Below are positions 1 through 9,727 of a stretch of DNA of 64,000 bases, piece after piece; within the stretch, counting starts at the first letter, position 1; the number at the start of each line of letters is the position of its first letter. This DNA comes from an uncultured Acidobacteriota bacterium (GTDB taxonomy: Bacteria > Acidobacteriota > Thermoanaerobaculia > Gp7-AA8). Position numbers and translations under genes: made by a program. Where the stretch lies: positions 288,001-352,000 of the forward strand of contig CAVUKB010000001.1 of the NCBI GenBank assembly GCA_963741955.1. The letters are read 5' to 3'. The notes below the pieces were generated by a model. It worked only from the letters and a program-made list of their open reading frames with translations. It made no database searches and was not told the origin of the DNA.

Positions 1-56
1 ATCGTACCGATGAGAGCAACGGCGACGGTGGTGACGGCGAGGGACATAGGGCGCAT
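1..56 (-). CDS. 5' fragment of a probable secreted protein (runs off the window edge)
   Basis: ATG at 56 reads MRPMSLAVTTVAVALIGT, signal-peptide-like; TAAACT -10 candidate about 40 nt upstream. Confidence 0.5.
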   Translation of the reverse strand, partial: MRPMSLAVTTVAVALIGT

Positions 57-127
57 GGACGGATCCTTAAGGGACTTGGCGCTGCTGTAGGCAGTTTAGC
101 CGATTCGAACGTCTCCTGACACGGTTC

Positions 128-1147
128 TCAACGGTTCGGCTCCGGGGGAGGAGGATTGTTTCCGGGAGTTTTCGCCGGACGCTCCGGCTGCTTCGACCAA
201 CGGATTTCGATCCGCGTCTCTTCCCCCTCGTGCGGACCGCCGGTCGCGCCGGCGGGTCGTGGTATGCGGCTGAGCAACCGGAGGTCGGGACCGGCCTCAC
301 TCCAGACGAGAGCCCGGCGAGGGGGAAGCGGCCAGTGGCCCTCAACGGCGGGAAGACCGAAGGCGAAAATCGCCGCGGCAACGAGTGCGACGGCCAGGAG
401 AGGAAGAACGGCGGCCGCTTCCCGCAATTCGGAACCGGCGAACTGCTCGAAACGGAGCCTGGGGACGCGCGAGGCATTTTCGAGAAGCGTGACCACGGCC
501 GCGACCGCGAATGCGAACGTCGCTGCGTGGTAGCCGGTGAGCCACCCCCCTGCTGCGCCGATTCCGAACGCCAGCGGAATCCTCAGCATCCAGCGAATGA
601 GGCGCTCGGAGGGGAGGTCCATCTCGTAGAGACCGGCGAGGATCTCGATCGTGCGTCGCTCGAGAAGGAGGATCTCCCAGACGGCGATCGCGCCGGTGAG
701 CACGGCCCAGGCGAGGGGGGAGATCAGGAAGTTCCTGCCGCCGAGAGAGAAGACGGGGGGCTGAAAGGCGTTCGCGAGAGCGCCCACGATCACCAGATCG
801 AGGCCGAGAGCGAGCGAAAAGAATCGCCCGGCGAGTGACTGTCGCAGTGGCCAGAGCCAGACCACGATGAATGCGAAGACGAGCGAGGCGAGACTCGTCA
901 CCAGCGCCGTCGGAGCGGAAGAAGGGAGCTGTGCAGCCCATGGAGCCCGGAGCGGATCGTCCAGAAAAGGGGCGTATATCGAGGGGGGGAATGATGCGTA
1001 CCCCGGCGCGATCAGGCGAATCACTCCCGCCACGAAGAGGGAAGCGAGCTCGAATCCGAGCAGATGCGACGCGGCGGAGACGACGAAGAGCCGGAACGAT
1101 GACGGCCCCCGCCGGAACCGGACGCGATTTTCTCCGTATAGAGTCAT
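128..1147 (-). CDS. Hypothetical polytopic membrane protein
   Basis: About 6-7 hydrophobic segments; start chosen at MTLYGENRV; no family motif recognised. Confidence 0.7.
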   Translation of the reverse strand: MTLYGENRVRFRRGPSSFRLFVVSAASHLLGFELASLFVAGVIRLIAPGYASFPPSIYAPFLDDPLRAPWAAQLPSSAPTALVTSLASLVFAFIVVWLWPLRQSLAGRFFSLALGLDLVIVGALANAFQPPVFSLGGRNFLISPLAWAVLTGAIAVWEILLLERRTIEILAGLYEMDLPSERLIRWMLRIPLAFGIGAAGGWLTGYHAATFAFAVAAVVTLLENASRVPRLRFEQFAGSELREAAAVLPLLAVALVAAAIFAFGLPAVEGHWPLPPRRALVWSEAGPDLRLLSRIPRPAGATGGPHEGEETRIEIRWSKQPERPAKTPGNNPPPPEPNR

Positions 1148-1278
1148 GAAAGCTTTGCGGCCGCGACGATCCGCTGCGCCGTCCTCCGCCCCCGGCGGAC
1201 GACTTCGGTGACCACTCCGGCCGGGGACGCTGTATCTTAGTGCGGGAAGGGGTGAGAGTCGAAGCGCCTCGATCGAAG

Positions 1279-3294
1279 ATGACGACATTCCGCAAGAATC
1301 TTCTGATTGCGTGGGCCCTCTCGTGCGTGATGCTCGCGGGTTCGCGGTGGCTTTCGAGCACTCTTCCATTCACTGGAAAGATCTTCCCGCTCGACCTGAT
1401 CGCCGGACTCGCTTCGGTGCTCCTGGTCATCACCACCGTTCTCTGGATCGCGATCCTGATCCGGCTGATTCTGCGGAAACTGTTCTGGAGAGTCGGTCGG
1501 CGTCTGGCCCTCAGTTACCTGATGATCGGCGGGCTCCCGTTCCTGTTCCTCGCCGTTCTCCTCCTGGTGGTCGGCTACACCGCGGCGGGGGTTTTGAGCC
1601 AGTCGCAGTTCCGGTCGGAACGGACCGCGTCCCTCAACCGGCTCGACGAGTGGAACCTCGAGTACGCGCTGACGGGGAACAAACCTCCCGCTGCTCTGAA
1701 GACCCTGGAGATCTACGACACCTCGAACGGCAGCGCGGGGAAGCTGCCGGGATGGGTGAGGGAGCGGAGCTTCAAAGGGATGGTGGTTCGCGACAAGCAC
1801 GCGCTGCTGGTCGCGTCGAGGCTTTACCGGGTGAAGAGCGGCTCGCGCACCGTGGTGTTCGTGCAGCCTCTGGACGAGGAATGGCGCGCCGCGCTGATCG
1901 AGAAGAACGGCATGAAGAGCGCCATGTCGATCTCCCGGCAGAAGACGACGACCCGGGTCGGCCCGGTGGTCTATCGCGACGACTCGAAACCTTCGAAGGG
2001 GGGCGTGCGGGTGGAGACGCCCGGGAAGGGTTACGACATCGTCCCGGATGACGAGGATGTCTTCGAAAAGTTTTTCTCCAGGGCGATCAACCGGAAGGGA
2101 GTGATCTGGGGAGATCTCACTCCGTCGCTCACGGCGTGGGAGACGGGGGAGGTCCTCGAGGACACCAAACTCTTCACCTTCTTTTCCAACCCGTGGGCCA
2201 ACCTCCTCGACTACTTTTACAACAGCCCGACCTACTTCAACGCGGTGACTGCAGTGATCCTCGTGGTTGCCGGCGTCCTCGCGGTCTTTTACTTCCTGGC
2301 GGTGCTTCTCGCCACCGGTCTGATCTTCTCCATCACCCGGGCGATCAACCGGATCGATCGCGGGACGAAGGCCGTCGAGCGGGGCGACTTCACCTACCGC
2401 ATCGACATGAAGCCGCGAAACCAGCTGGGCGAAGTGGCGCACTCGTTCGACAAGATGACGGCATCCGTCGTCTCCCTTCTCAGCTCGGTGGGCGAGAAGG
2501 AACGCCTCCAGAGCGAGATCGACATCGCCGCGTCGATCCAGCGGAATCTACTGCCGAAAGAGGGGCCGAGCTTCCGTGGCGTCTCGTTCGCGGCGCATTT
2601 CGAGCCGACTGCTTCGATCGGTGGCGACTACTACGACGTGTTCAATCTCGACCGGTCACGACTCGCGGTCGCCATCGGAGACGTCTCGGGTCATGGACTC
2701 TCCACCGGTCTGGTCATGGCCATGGTGAAAGCGGCGATCACGACACTGGTCGAAGAGGGCGCGGACGAGTCCGCACTCTTCCGCCGGCTGAACGAGCTGG
2801 TATTCCGTTCCACCGAGAAACGGGCGTTCATGACTCTCGGCTTCACGATCTTCGATCTCGACAGGCGGACCATCCGCCACACCAATGCGGGACATCTCTA
2901 CCCGTACGTTCTGCGAAAGGGAGAGGCACCGATCTCGATCGAGGGACCGTCGCTTCCGCTCGGGGTACGTCCCGACATTCAGCCGAACACGGTGGAGATC
3001 CCGCTTCTCGAAGGGGACACGCTGGTGTACCTCTCAGACGGTATTGTGGAATCTCTCGACGCTCACGGAGAGCCGTTCGGGTTCGATCATCTGGAGAAGA
3101 TTCTCTCCGGAATGAGCGGCGCATCGCCCGCGGTGATACAGAACGAGATCCTCGCCTCCATGGTGCGACACACCGGAGCGGCAGTGGCGGAGGACGACCG
3201 GACGCTGATGGTCCTCCGCTTCGATCAGCTGACACTCGAGTCGGTCGCCGCGGGTGACGCGATCAACGAGCCGATGGTCGAGACTCGGGGCTGA
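1279..3294 (+). CDS. Membrane-bound HAMP + SpoIIE/PP2C (RsbU-like) Ser/Thr phosphatase
   Basis: TM segments, HAMP (ITRAINRI..GDF..NQLGEVA), then AASIQRNLLP, GGDYYD, IGDVSGHG, NAGH, SDGIVE and DDRT motifs. Confidence 0.92.
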   Translation: MTTFRKNLLIAWALSCVMLAGSRWLSSTLPFTGKIFPLDLIAGLASVLLVITTVLWIAILIRLILRKLFWRVGRRLALSYLMIGGLPFLFLAVLLLVVGYTAAGVLSQSQFRSERTASLNRLDEWNLEYALTGNKPPAALKTLEIYDTSNGSAGKLPGWVRERSFKGMVVRDKHALLVASRLYRVKSGSRTVVFVQPLDEEWRAALIEKNGMKSAMSISRQKTTTRVGPVVYRDDSKPSKGGVRVETPGKGYDIVPDDEDVFEKFFSRAINRKGVIWGDLTPSLTAWETGEVLEDTKLFTFFSNPWANLLDYFYNSPTYFNAVTAVILVVAGVLAVFYFLAVLLATGLIFSITRAINRIDRGTKAVERGDFTYRIDMKPRNQLGEVAHSFDKMTASVVSLLSSVGEKERLQSEIDIAASIQRNLLPKEGPSFRGVSFAAHFEPTASIGGDYYDVFNLDRSRLAVAIGDVSGHGLSTGLVMAMVKAAITTLVEEGADESALFRRLNELVFRSTEKRAFMTLGFTIFDLDRRTIRHTNAGHLYPYVLRKGEAPISIEGPSLPLGVRPDIQPNTVEIPLLEGDTLVYLSDGIVESLDAHGEPFGFDHLEKILSGMSGASPAVIQNEILASMVRHTGAAVAEDDRTLMVLRFDQLTLESVAAGDAINEPMVETRG

Positions 3295-3385
3295 GTCGTT
3301 CGTTCGCTTTTCGGTGTTGAGCCGGTCGTCGCGAGATCGCATCGTGCCGGAGTCCCGAATCACCACCGGACTCCCGTGAGCCGTT

Positions 3386-4156
3386 TCAGTCGGAACCGGT
3401 TCGGCCCGATGCGATGGAGGAGGGGGGAGCGTCATTGGAGAGCGCGGCCGTGCGCGTCGAATCTTCGGCGCTCCGGAGATGGCGGGAGATCCGGCGAAGA
3501 TACTCGACCGTCTCACGAAACGGAGGGACTCCCTTGTATTTCCAGACGTTCCCTTCGCCCGCGTTGTAGGCCGCAACCGCGAGATCGACCTTTCCGTCGA
3601 ATGTGGTGAGGAGCCACTTCAGGTAACGGGTACCGGCGTAGATGTTCGCCACCGGATCGAACGAGTCGGAGACTCCGAATCTTCGCGCGGTGGCGGGCAT
3701 CAGCTGCATCAGCCCGCGTGCCCCTTTGCGGCTGACGATGCGGGGATCGTAATCGGATTCCGCCTTGATCACCGCAGAGACGAGAGCCGCGTCGACGTCG
3801 AACTTCTTCGCCGCAGCGACAATCACTTCGTTGTACCGGCTCGAGAAGAGCGGCCCGCTCCCGGCGTCATATCTCCAGGAACGGTCGGGGAACATCGACA
3901 TCGCGACCGCTGCGTCGACTTCCTGAGCCGGCACGACTTCATCGTCGACGATCCGCTCGACCCGGTCGATCGGGAGCTCCACCGATCCTCCGGCCGCCAG
4001 TACGAGCCGCATCACCGAACCGCTCGCGCGGTAGTCGGTCACCTTCAGCGTCCGGCCATTGGTCAGAACGGCGATGTCGGCGCGCGCGGCGGGGATTCCG
4101 CCGAGCGCGAGTGCGGCGATCGTGCCGAGAGCCAGGATTCGAGCGAGAGATCTCAT
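3386..4156 (-). CDS. Lytic transglycosylase (SLT domain), secreted
   Basis: Signal peptide; AVIKAES, GARGLMQLMPATA, AAYNAG and PPFRET motifs. Confidence 0.93.
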   Translation of the reverse strand: MRSLARILALGTIAALALGGIPAARADIAVLTNGRTLKVTDYRASGSVMRLVLAAGGSVELPIDRVERIVDDEVVPAQEVDAAVAMSMFPDRSWRYDAGSGPLFSSRYNEVIVAAAKKFDVDAALVSAVIKAESDYDPRIVSRKGARGLMQLMPATARRFGVSDSFDPVANIYAGTRYLKWLLTTFDGKVDLAVAAYNAGEGNVWKYKGVPPFRETVEYLRRISRHLRSAEDSTRTAALSNDAPPSSIASGRTGSD

Positions 4157-4192
4157 CGTCTACGAGAACAGGAACCGGTTACGGGAGGTCGA

Positions 4193-5149
4193 TTATGCCC
4201 GCGGGTGGTACGAATCATAGACCTTCTGGAGCCTCGCCCGCGTGATGTGGGTGTAGATCTGCGTGGTGGAGATGTCGGAATGCCCGAGCATCATCTGGAC
4301 CGAACGGAGATCGGCGCCGTTTTCCAGAAGGTGGGTGGCGAACGAGTGACGGAGCATGTGAGGCGAGATGTGGGTCGGGATGCCCGCCTCCCTGGCGTAT
4401 TTCACGATCCGCAGCCAGACCGTCTGGCGGCTCATGCCGCGGCCGCGGTTGGAGAGGAAGAGTGTCGCATCTCCATGCCGGTCGTAGCTCGGGCGCGCGG
4501 CCGACAGATATTCGAGGATCGCCTCTTTCGCGGTATCGCCGAACGGCACGATCCTCTCCTTCGATCCCTTCCCGATGGTGCGGAGGAATCCGGCGTCGAG
4601 CACCAGGTCGTCGATCACCAGGCGGATCAATTCGCTGACTCGAAGACCGGTCGCATAGAGCAGCTCGAGCATGGCGCGATCGCGGAGACCCGCAGGCGTG
4701 GTGGTATCAGGAGCCGCGAGGAGCGCTTCCACATCCTCCGAGCCGAGTGTTTTCGGCAGATTCGACCAGAGTTTCGGATTCTCCACGTTCTCCGTCGGAT
4801 CCTTCACGAGCGTCCGCTCAGCGACCAGGAAGCGGAACATTCCGCGGATCGCTGCGAGAGCGCGCGCCACGGAGCGGGCAGAGATTCCGCTGGTGCGGAG
4901 GGACTGGAAGTAGCGGACCAGATGGATCCGTTCGACGGCCGTGGTCTCGATCGCCTGGGAGGCCAGAAAATGCCCGAAGTGCCGCAGGTCACGAGCGTAC
5001 GCGTCGATCGAATTCTCTGCCAGTCCCTTCTCGACCGCGAGGTAGTCGAGGTAAGTCGGGAGATGAGTGGTGAAAAACTCCGACGTCTCCGGGGCATCCG
5101 GATCGACGCTCCGCGGCGTGAGGTGCACTCGTTTTCCACCACCGTCCAT
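4193..5149 (-). CDS. xerD: Site-specific tyrosine recombinase XerD
   Basis: ELLYATGLRVSEL, GKGSKERIVP, SPHMLRHSFATHLL, LGHSDISTTQIYT, C-terminal HPRA. Confidence 0.92.
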   Translation of the reverse strand: MDGGGKRVHLTPRSVDPDAPETSEFFTTHLPTYLDYLAVEKGLAENSIDAYARDLRHFGHFLASQAIETTAVERIHLVRYFQSLRTSGISARSVARALAAIRGMFRFLVAERTLVKDPTENVENPKLWSNLPKTLGSEDVEALLAAPDTTTPAGLRDRAMLELLYATGLRVSELIRLVIDDLVLDAGFLRTIGKGSKERIVPFGDTAKEAILEYLSAARPSYDRHGDATLFLSNRGRGMSRQTVWLRIVKYAREAGIPTHISPHMLRHSFATHLLENGADLRSVQMMLGHSDISTTQIYTHITRARLQKVYDSYHPRA

Positions 5150-5245
5150 TCCCGAACATGGTACGCGATTTCGTCGGGTCGAGAGATCGGCCGCCGTCGA
5201 CGGGACGGACGCCGCTCCGGTTTTCGACTCCGGCCCGGATCTTCA

Positions 5246-5329
5246 GATCCACGATCCTCGATCTCAGACCCACGATCCACGATCCACGATCCACGATCCT
5301 CGATCCTCAATCCACGATCCTCGATCTCC
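5246..5329. repeat. Degenerate heptamer tandem array A, (GATCCWC)-like x12
   Basis: 12 in-register units such as GATCCAC, GATCCTC and GATCTCA. Confidence 0.95.
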
Positions 5330-5340
5330 GATGCTTCTCC

Positions 5341-5838
5341 TCAGCCCTGATCGACGATGATCACCGGATCGACGCCGGCATGCGATCCGTCCGGATGCCA
5401 GACTTCGATCGCGTATTCGTAGCTGCACTGTCTGAGCGGCAGGTCTTTCCCGCTCCTGCAGCCGTTCGCCTTCCCGAGAGTGGCCGCGGCGGGAAGTTCG
5501 CATCGCGGGACGCGCTGGCAGTTGAGGGAGGGCGACGTGTTCGGATTTGCTTTGTCGGGGTGGTGGGTGAATTTGACCGAGAATGATGCGACGCCCTCGC
5601 CGGCCGTCCACGTCACGGTGTCTTTACCTGCCGTGATCACGACCGTCGGCCGGTCCGGGTCTGCATTCGCGTCGATGACGACCTCGTGGCCCGGACCGTT
5701 GCTCGTCGGCACGGGGGGTGGATTGCCGGGCTCCGTCCCGGCGCCTGTGTCAGCGGCGTTCCGGCAGCCGGCGAGAAGGAAGGGGAGAAGGAAGAGCAGA
5801 GGGACGAAGAGGGTGAGCGCGAGGGTACTCTTTTTCAT
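5341..5838 (-). CDS. Hypothetical lipoprotein
   Basis: MKK plus hydrophobic stretch plus LAGC lipobox; GGAGG SD; beta-rich mature part ending VDPVIIV. Confidence 0.8.
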   Translation of the reverse strand: MKKSTLALTLFVPLLFLLPFLLAGCRNAADTGAGTEPGNPPPVPTSNGPGHEVVIDANADPDRPTVVITAGKDTVTWTAGEGVASFSVKFTHHPDKANPNTSPSLNCQRVPRCELPAAATLGKANGCRSGKDLPLRQCSYEYAIEVWHPDGSHAGVDPVIIVDQG

Positions 5839-5877
5839 CAGACCTCCCGGGAGGGCGTGAGACTCAGGGCGAGAGCG

Positions 5878-8460
5878 TCAGCTGCCTTCCCGCTTCGTAT
5901 TTTCTCGAGACTGAACGATTCTGGACCAGCGCTGGTCTTTTCTCAAGGATTTCAGGTCGGGATCACGTGTGAGCTCTCTGACTGGATAGCCATTCCTGGC
6001 TGCTTCGGCGAGGTATTGAACCGCCAGATCCCGCCGCCCTGCGAGCTCACACGCCACTCCGGACTCGTAATGGACGTAGCCGTCCCTGGGGGCCAGTTCT
6101 GCAGCGAGGGTGGCTTGAGAGACGGCGTCGGCATTGTGACCGGTCTTGGCCAGGCAGAGCGCCAGGAAGCTGTGAGTCTTCGGATTCCGCGGACGGACGG
6201 TGAGATCCTGCCGGAGAATTCTGATCGAGCGACCGAACGCCTCCGCTGCCCGCGTCGAGGACCTGGTCGAGAAGCGGTACGCGTCGCCCAGGAACGACCA
6301 GAGCACCGCGTCGTCGGGATTGAGAGCGGTGGCTCGCTCGTAAGAACTGGCCGCGTCGTCGTAATGCCCGGCGAAGAACTGGAGGGTGCCGAGGTTCGCG
6401 AATGCAAGGGCGTTGGGGCGGACTGCGATCGACTTCTGGAACTCGGCTTCCGCGTCATCGTAGCGGCCCATCTGGTGGTATGTGGCTCCGAGATTGTTCA
6501 GCACCCTGACATTGTCCGGAGTCAATCGAGCCGCGGTGTGGAGATAGGGCAGGGCCTTTTCGAACTCTCCGCGGATGGTGTAGAAGCCGGCGAGCTGGTT
6601 GTAGCCTTTCCAGTATTCCGGCCGGAGGTCGATCGCGCGGCGGAACAGCTTCTCGGCCTCCTGTATCCGCCCCTGATACTGCCGCACCAGAGCCAGTTCG
6701 GAGATCGCGTCGAAGGATGAAGAATCCTGCTGCAGAACGAGGAGGAGCTCTCGAGCGGCATCGTCGTAGCGATTCTCCAGCCGATATACTTTTCCCCGGG
6801 TCACGCGTACATCGGCGAGCGAAGGATCCTTCCGGATCGCTTCATCCGCTGCTTCGATCGCCCGTGAGGCCCACTCTCGATTCTGAGTGATCGCGAATTT
6901 CGCAAGGTACGCGCGGGCCAGTGAGCTCCGGACCAGAGGCGAGTCGCCGAGGGCTTCGAGGATCTTGATCGCCGCATCGACCGACCCTTCGTTTTCCTCG
7001 CGTCTCAGATAGCCGAGTGCCTCCAGGTAACGATCCTGCCTCATTGCGGGATCGACCTCCGGTCGGGGAGCCGGCGCTTTTCGGTCGAGCGCGTAAAGTA
7101 CCTGTTCCGCGATGCGGTCCTGAAGCGAGAAGAGCTGAGGAACGGTTCCGTTCGCGCTGCCGGCCGAGACCTGACGACCGACACGGTCGACCAGAGCATA
7201 CGTCGCCCTCACGTCCGCTCCGGAATACTGAAGCGAGCCGCGGACGATCACCTGGGCCCCCGATTCGCGAGCGACCTGTTCGGGGTCGGCCTCTCCGGTC
7301 GTGTCGCTCGGGGGAGCCACGACCCGGATCGACGATGCCGAGCCGAGGCGTGCACCGACGACTTCGGCAAATCCATCGCCGATCCGCTGCGATGCGGGAT
7401 CTCCGTTGAGGCTTCGGAACGGGAGGACCGTCACGTCGATTCGATCGTTCGGTTGAGCGAATGGATCTGCGGGGAAGAATCTGCGGACGCCGAGGTAGGC
7501 GACCGCCACCACCATGACGGCGAGCACTGTGAGTACGGGGATTCTCCAGGGGAAGGCAGTGCGGTGGGAGGAGATGGACCATTGCGCCGATCCGGCCGAC
7601 TCGGTGAGGCGGTCGCGGATGGAATCGAGCTCCTGTGCGAGGTCGAGGGTCGAGGCGTAACGCTCCGCTGGATCTTTCGAGAGGCAGCGTTTCACCACCC
7701 ACGCGAGCGGCTCCGGAATGCGCGGGTTGGCGCTTCGGAGGTCTTCCGGATCCTTGTGGATCACGGCGCTGAGCGTGTCGATCGGCGACTCTCCGCTGAA
7801 GGGCCGATGCCCGGAGAGCAGCTCGTAGAGGATCGATCCGAACGAGAACTGGTCGGAACGAAAATCGGTCCGTCCACCCCGCGCCTGTTCCGGAGACATG
7901 TACGCCGCGGTGCCGACGACGATTCCAGGATGCGTTGCGATGTCGAGCTCCGCCGTCTTTTCGTCGTCCGACACCGGCGGCTGAGCGACCTTCGCCAGTC
8001 CGAAGTCGAGGATCTTCGCGAAGCCGTCTCGCGTAATCATGACGTTCTGGGGCTTCAGATCGCGGTGGACGATCCCTTTCTCGTGCGCTGCGGCCAGACC
8101 GTGGGCGATCTGCGCGGCGATCCCGGTGAGCTTCCGCATCGACCAGCCGCTCTGCTGAGCGACGTCTCGAAGGTTGGCGCCGTCGATGAGCTCCATCGCG
8201 ATGAACGGCCTCCCTTCGTGCTCGGAGATCTCGTAGATCGTGACGATGTTGGGATGGTTCAGAGAGGACGCGGCGCGCGCCTCCTGCTGGAAGCGGGCGA
8301 GATACTCGCGGTTCGCTCCGAGATCGGTCGAGAGAAACTTGATCGCGATCTCGCGCTGCAGCTTCGGATCGCGGGCGCGATAGAGGACTCCCATCGCACC
8401 GGCTCCGAGGGAGGCGGTGATCTCGTACTGGCCGACACGATCTCCGGGGGCCAATTTCAT
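5878..8460 (-). CDS. Hanks-type Ser/Thr protein kinase with TM helix, TolB-N-like segment and TPR repeats
   Basis: LGAGAMG, AIK, HRDLKPQN, DFG and GTAAYMSPE motifs; TM; C-terminal TPRs. Start 8460 is preferred because a TATTAT -10 overlaps the 8490 ATG. Confidence 0.93.
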   Translation of the reverse strand: MKLAPGDRVGQYEITASLGAGAMGVLYRARDPKLQREIAIKFLSTDLGANREYLARFQQEARAASSLNHPNIVTIYEISEHEGRPFIAMELIDGANLRDVAQQSGWSMRKLTGIAAQIAHGLAAAHEKGIVHRDLKPQNVMITRDGFAKILDFGLAKVAQPPVSDDEKTAELDIATHPGIVVGTAAYMSPEQARGGRTDFRSDQFSFGSILYELLSGHRPFSGESPIDTLSAVIHKDPEDLRSANPRIPEPLAWVVKRCLSKDPAERYASTLDLAQELDSIRDRLTESAGSAQWSISSHRTAFPWRIPVLTVLAVMVVAVAYLGVRRFFPADPFAQPNDRIDVTVLPFRSLNGDPASQRIGDGFAEVVGARLGSASSIRVVAPPSDTTGEADPEQVARESGAQVIVRGSLQYSGADVRATYALVDRVGRQVSAGSANGTVPQLFSLQDRIAEQVLYALDRKAPAPRPEVDPAMRQDRYLEALGYLRREENEGSVDAAIKILEALGDSPLVRSSLARAYLAKFAITQNREWASRAIEAADEAIRKDPSLADVRVTRGKVYRLENRYDDAARELLLVLQQDSSSFDAISELALVRQYQGRIQEAEKLFRRAIDLRPEYWKGYNQLAGFYTIRGEFEKALPYLHTAARLTPDNVRVLNNLGATYHQMGRYDDAEAEFQKSIAVRPNALAFANLGTLQFFAGHYDDAASSYERATALNPDDAVLWSFLGDAYRFSTRSSTRAAEAFGRSIRILRQDLTVRPRNPKTHSFLALCLAKTGHNADAVSQATLAAELAPRDGYVHYESGVACELAGRRDLAVQYLAEAARNGYPVRELTRDPDLKSLRKDQRWSRIVQSRENTKREGS

Positions 8461-8496
8461 ATTCAGGAACCGTCCGTTTGGTCTGATCATAATACA

Positions 8497-8671
8497 GCGG
8501 CAAGCGGCGAGCGACGAGAGACTCGAGGCTCGAGGCTCGAGTCTCGAGACGGGAGTCTGGAGTCTGGAGTCTGGAGACGGGAGACGGGAGACGGGAGTCT
8601 GGAGTCTGGAGACGGGAGACGGGAGACGGGAGTCTGGAGACGAGGGGCGAGGGGCGAGGGGCGAGAGAGTT
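8497..8671. repeat. Degenerate heptamer tandem array B, 25 units
   Basis: Blocks of GAGGCTC, GAGTCTG, GAGACGG and GGGGCGA in a strict 7-bp register. Confidence 0.95.
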
Positions 8672-8697
8672 GAGCCCGGCCTGCGCGTCCGCCCCCG

Positions 8698-9567
8698 CTA
8701 TCTGGCCGCGTCTGCGGCGAGATCAGCCATGTAGGACGAGCGGACGAACGGGCCGGAGAAGACGGCGCGGAATCCCATCGCTTCGCCCCGAATCCGGTAT
8801 TCATCGAAGACGTCGGGATGAACGTACTCGACGACTTCGAGCTTGACCTTCTTCGGCTGGAGGTATTGACCGATAGTGAGTATGTCGCACGAGGCCTCGC
8901 GCAGCTTCTCCATGGTGGAGATCACGTCGTCTCTCGTTTCTCCGAGGCCGAGCATGAACCCCGATTTGGTGAGAATCGACGGATCGACCTCCCGGGCGAA
9001 CCGGAGGACGTCGAGGGATCGCGAGAATCGGGCACCCGGCCTGACGTGACGATAGAGCGAAGGGACCGTCTCGACGTTGTGATTGAAGATCTGCGGCGCA
9101 GCCTCGACCACGATCTCGACGCTGTTGCGGTCGCCCTTGAAATCGGGGGTCAGGACTTCGATCGTGCTCTCCGGGAGGAGCGCCCGCACCTCTCGGATGG
9201 TGGCCGCGAAATGCGCGGCGCCGCCGTCGGGGAGGTCGTCGCGGTCGACCGACGTGATCACGACGTGACGGAGATTCATCTTCTTCGCCGCAACCGCAAC
9301 GGAGTGAGGTTCGAGCGGTGAGGGTGGGGTAGATGGAAGACCCTGTTCCACGTTGCAGAAGCCGCACTGGCGGGTGCAGACGTCACCGAGGATCATGAAG
9401 GTCGCCGTGCCGCGGGTGAAGCATTCCGAGCGGTTCGGGCAGGCGAGCGATTCACAGACGGTGTGAAGCGAGTTACTGCGGAACAGCGTCTTGAGCTCGT
9501 GAAGCGAGCGGAGGCTGATCTTCTTTTCGCGGATCCATTCCGGGAGACGGGGGGCGGGGTTGCTCAT
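8698..9567 (-). CDS. lipA: Lipoyl synthase
   Basis: CESLACPNRSEC and CTRQCGFC cysteine motifs, NHNVETV, RSSY. Confidence 0.97.
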   Translation of the reverse strand: MSNPAPRLPEWIREKKISLRSLHELKTLFRSNSLHTVCESLACPNRSECFTRGTATFMILGDVCTRQCGFCNVEQGLPSTPPSPLEPHSVAVAAKKMNLRHVVITSVDRDDLPDGGAAHFAATIREVRALLPESTIEVLTPDFKGDRNSVEIVVEAAPQIFNHNVETVPSLYRHVRPGARFSRSLDVLRFAREVDPSILTKSGFMLGLGETRDDVISTMEKLREASCDILTIGQYLQPKKVKLEVVEYVHPDVFDEYRIRGEAMGFRAVFSGPFVRSSYMADLAADAAR

Positions 9568-9635
9568 CGGGGGAAGTTTAGCCGAAACCATCTGATCTCT
9601 GTCGGCCCGCATCGGCTCCGTTCCACCAAAACTGA

Positions 9636-9680
9636 GATAACCGATAACCGATAACCGATAACCGATAACAGATACCAGAT
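9636..9680. repeat. Heptamer tandem array C, (GATAACC)x4 plus variants
   Basis: GATAACC x4, GATAACA, GATACCA, GAT. Confidence 0.95.
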
Positions 9681-9704
9681 AAAAAGGCCGCCTTGCGGCG
9701 GCCT
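9681..9704 (-). terminator. Intrinsic terminator of carD
   Basis: Minus strand AGGCCGCC-GCAA-GGCGGCCT followed by a T run. Confidence 0.85.
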
Positions 9705-9727
9705 CATCTCGGGGTCCGGGGAAGATC

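Noticed and set aside
4193-5149. Tyrosine recombinase as an integron or phage integrase
   Set aside because: It has XerD-type motifs and a C-terminal HPRA, no IntI insertion, and no attC sites or phage genes were seen
4804-8804. Repetitive peptides such as IEDRGSW and LESGDGRRETGVW in the ORF track
   Set aside because: They are translations of the heptamer arrays without credible starts
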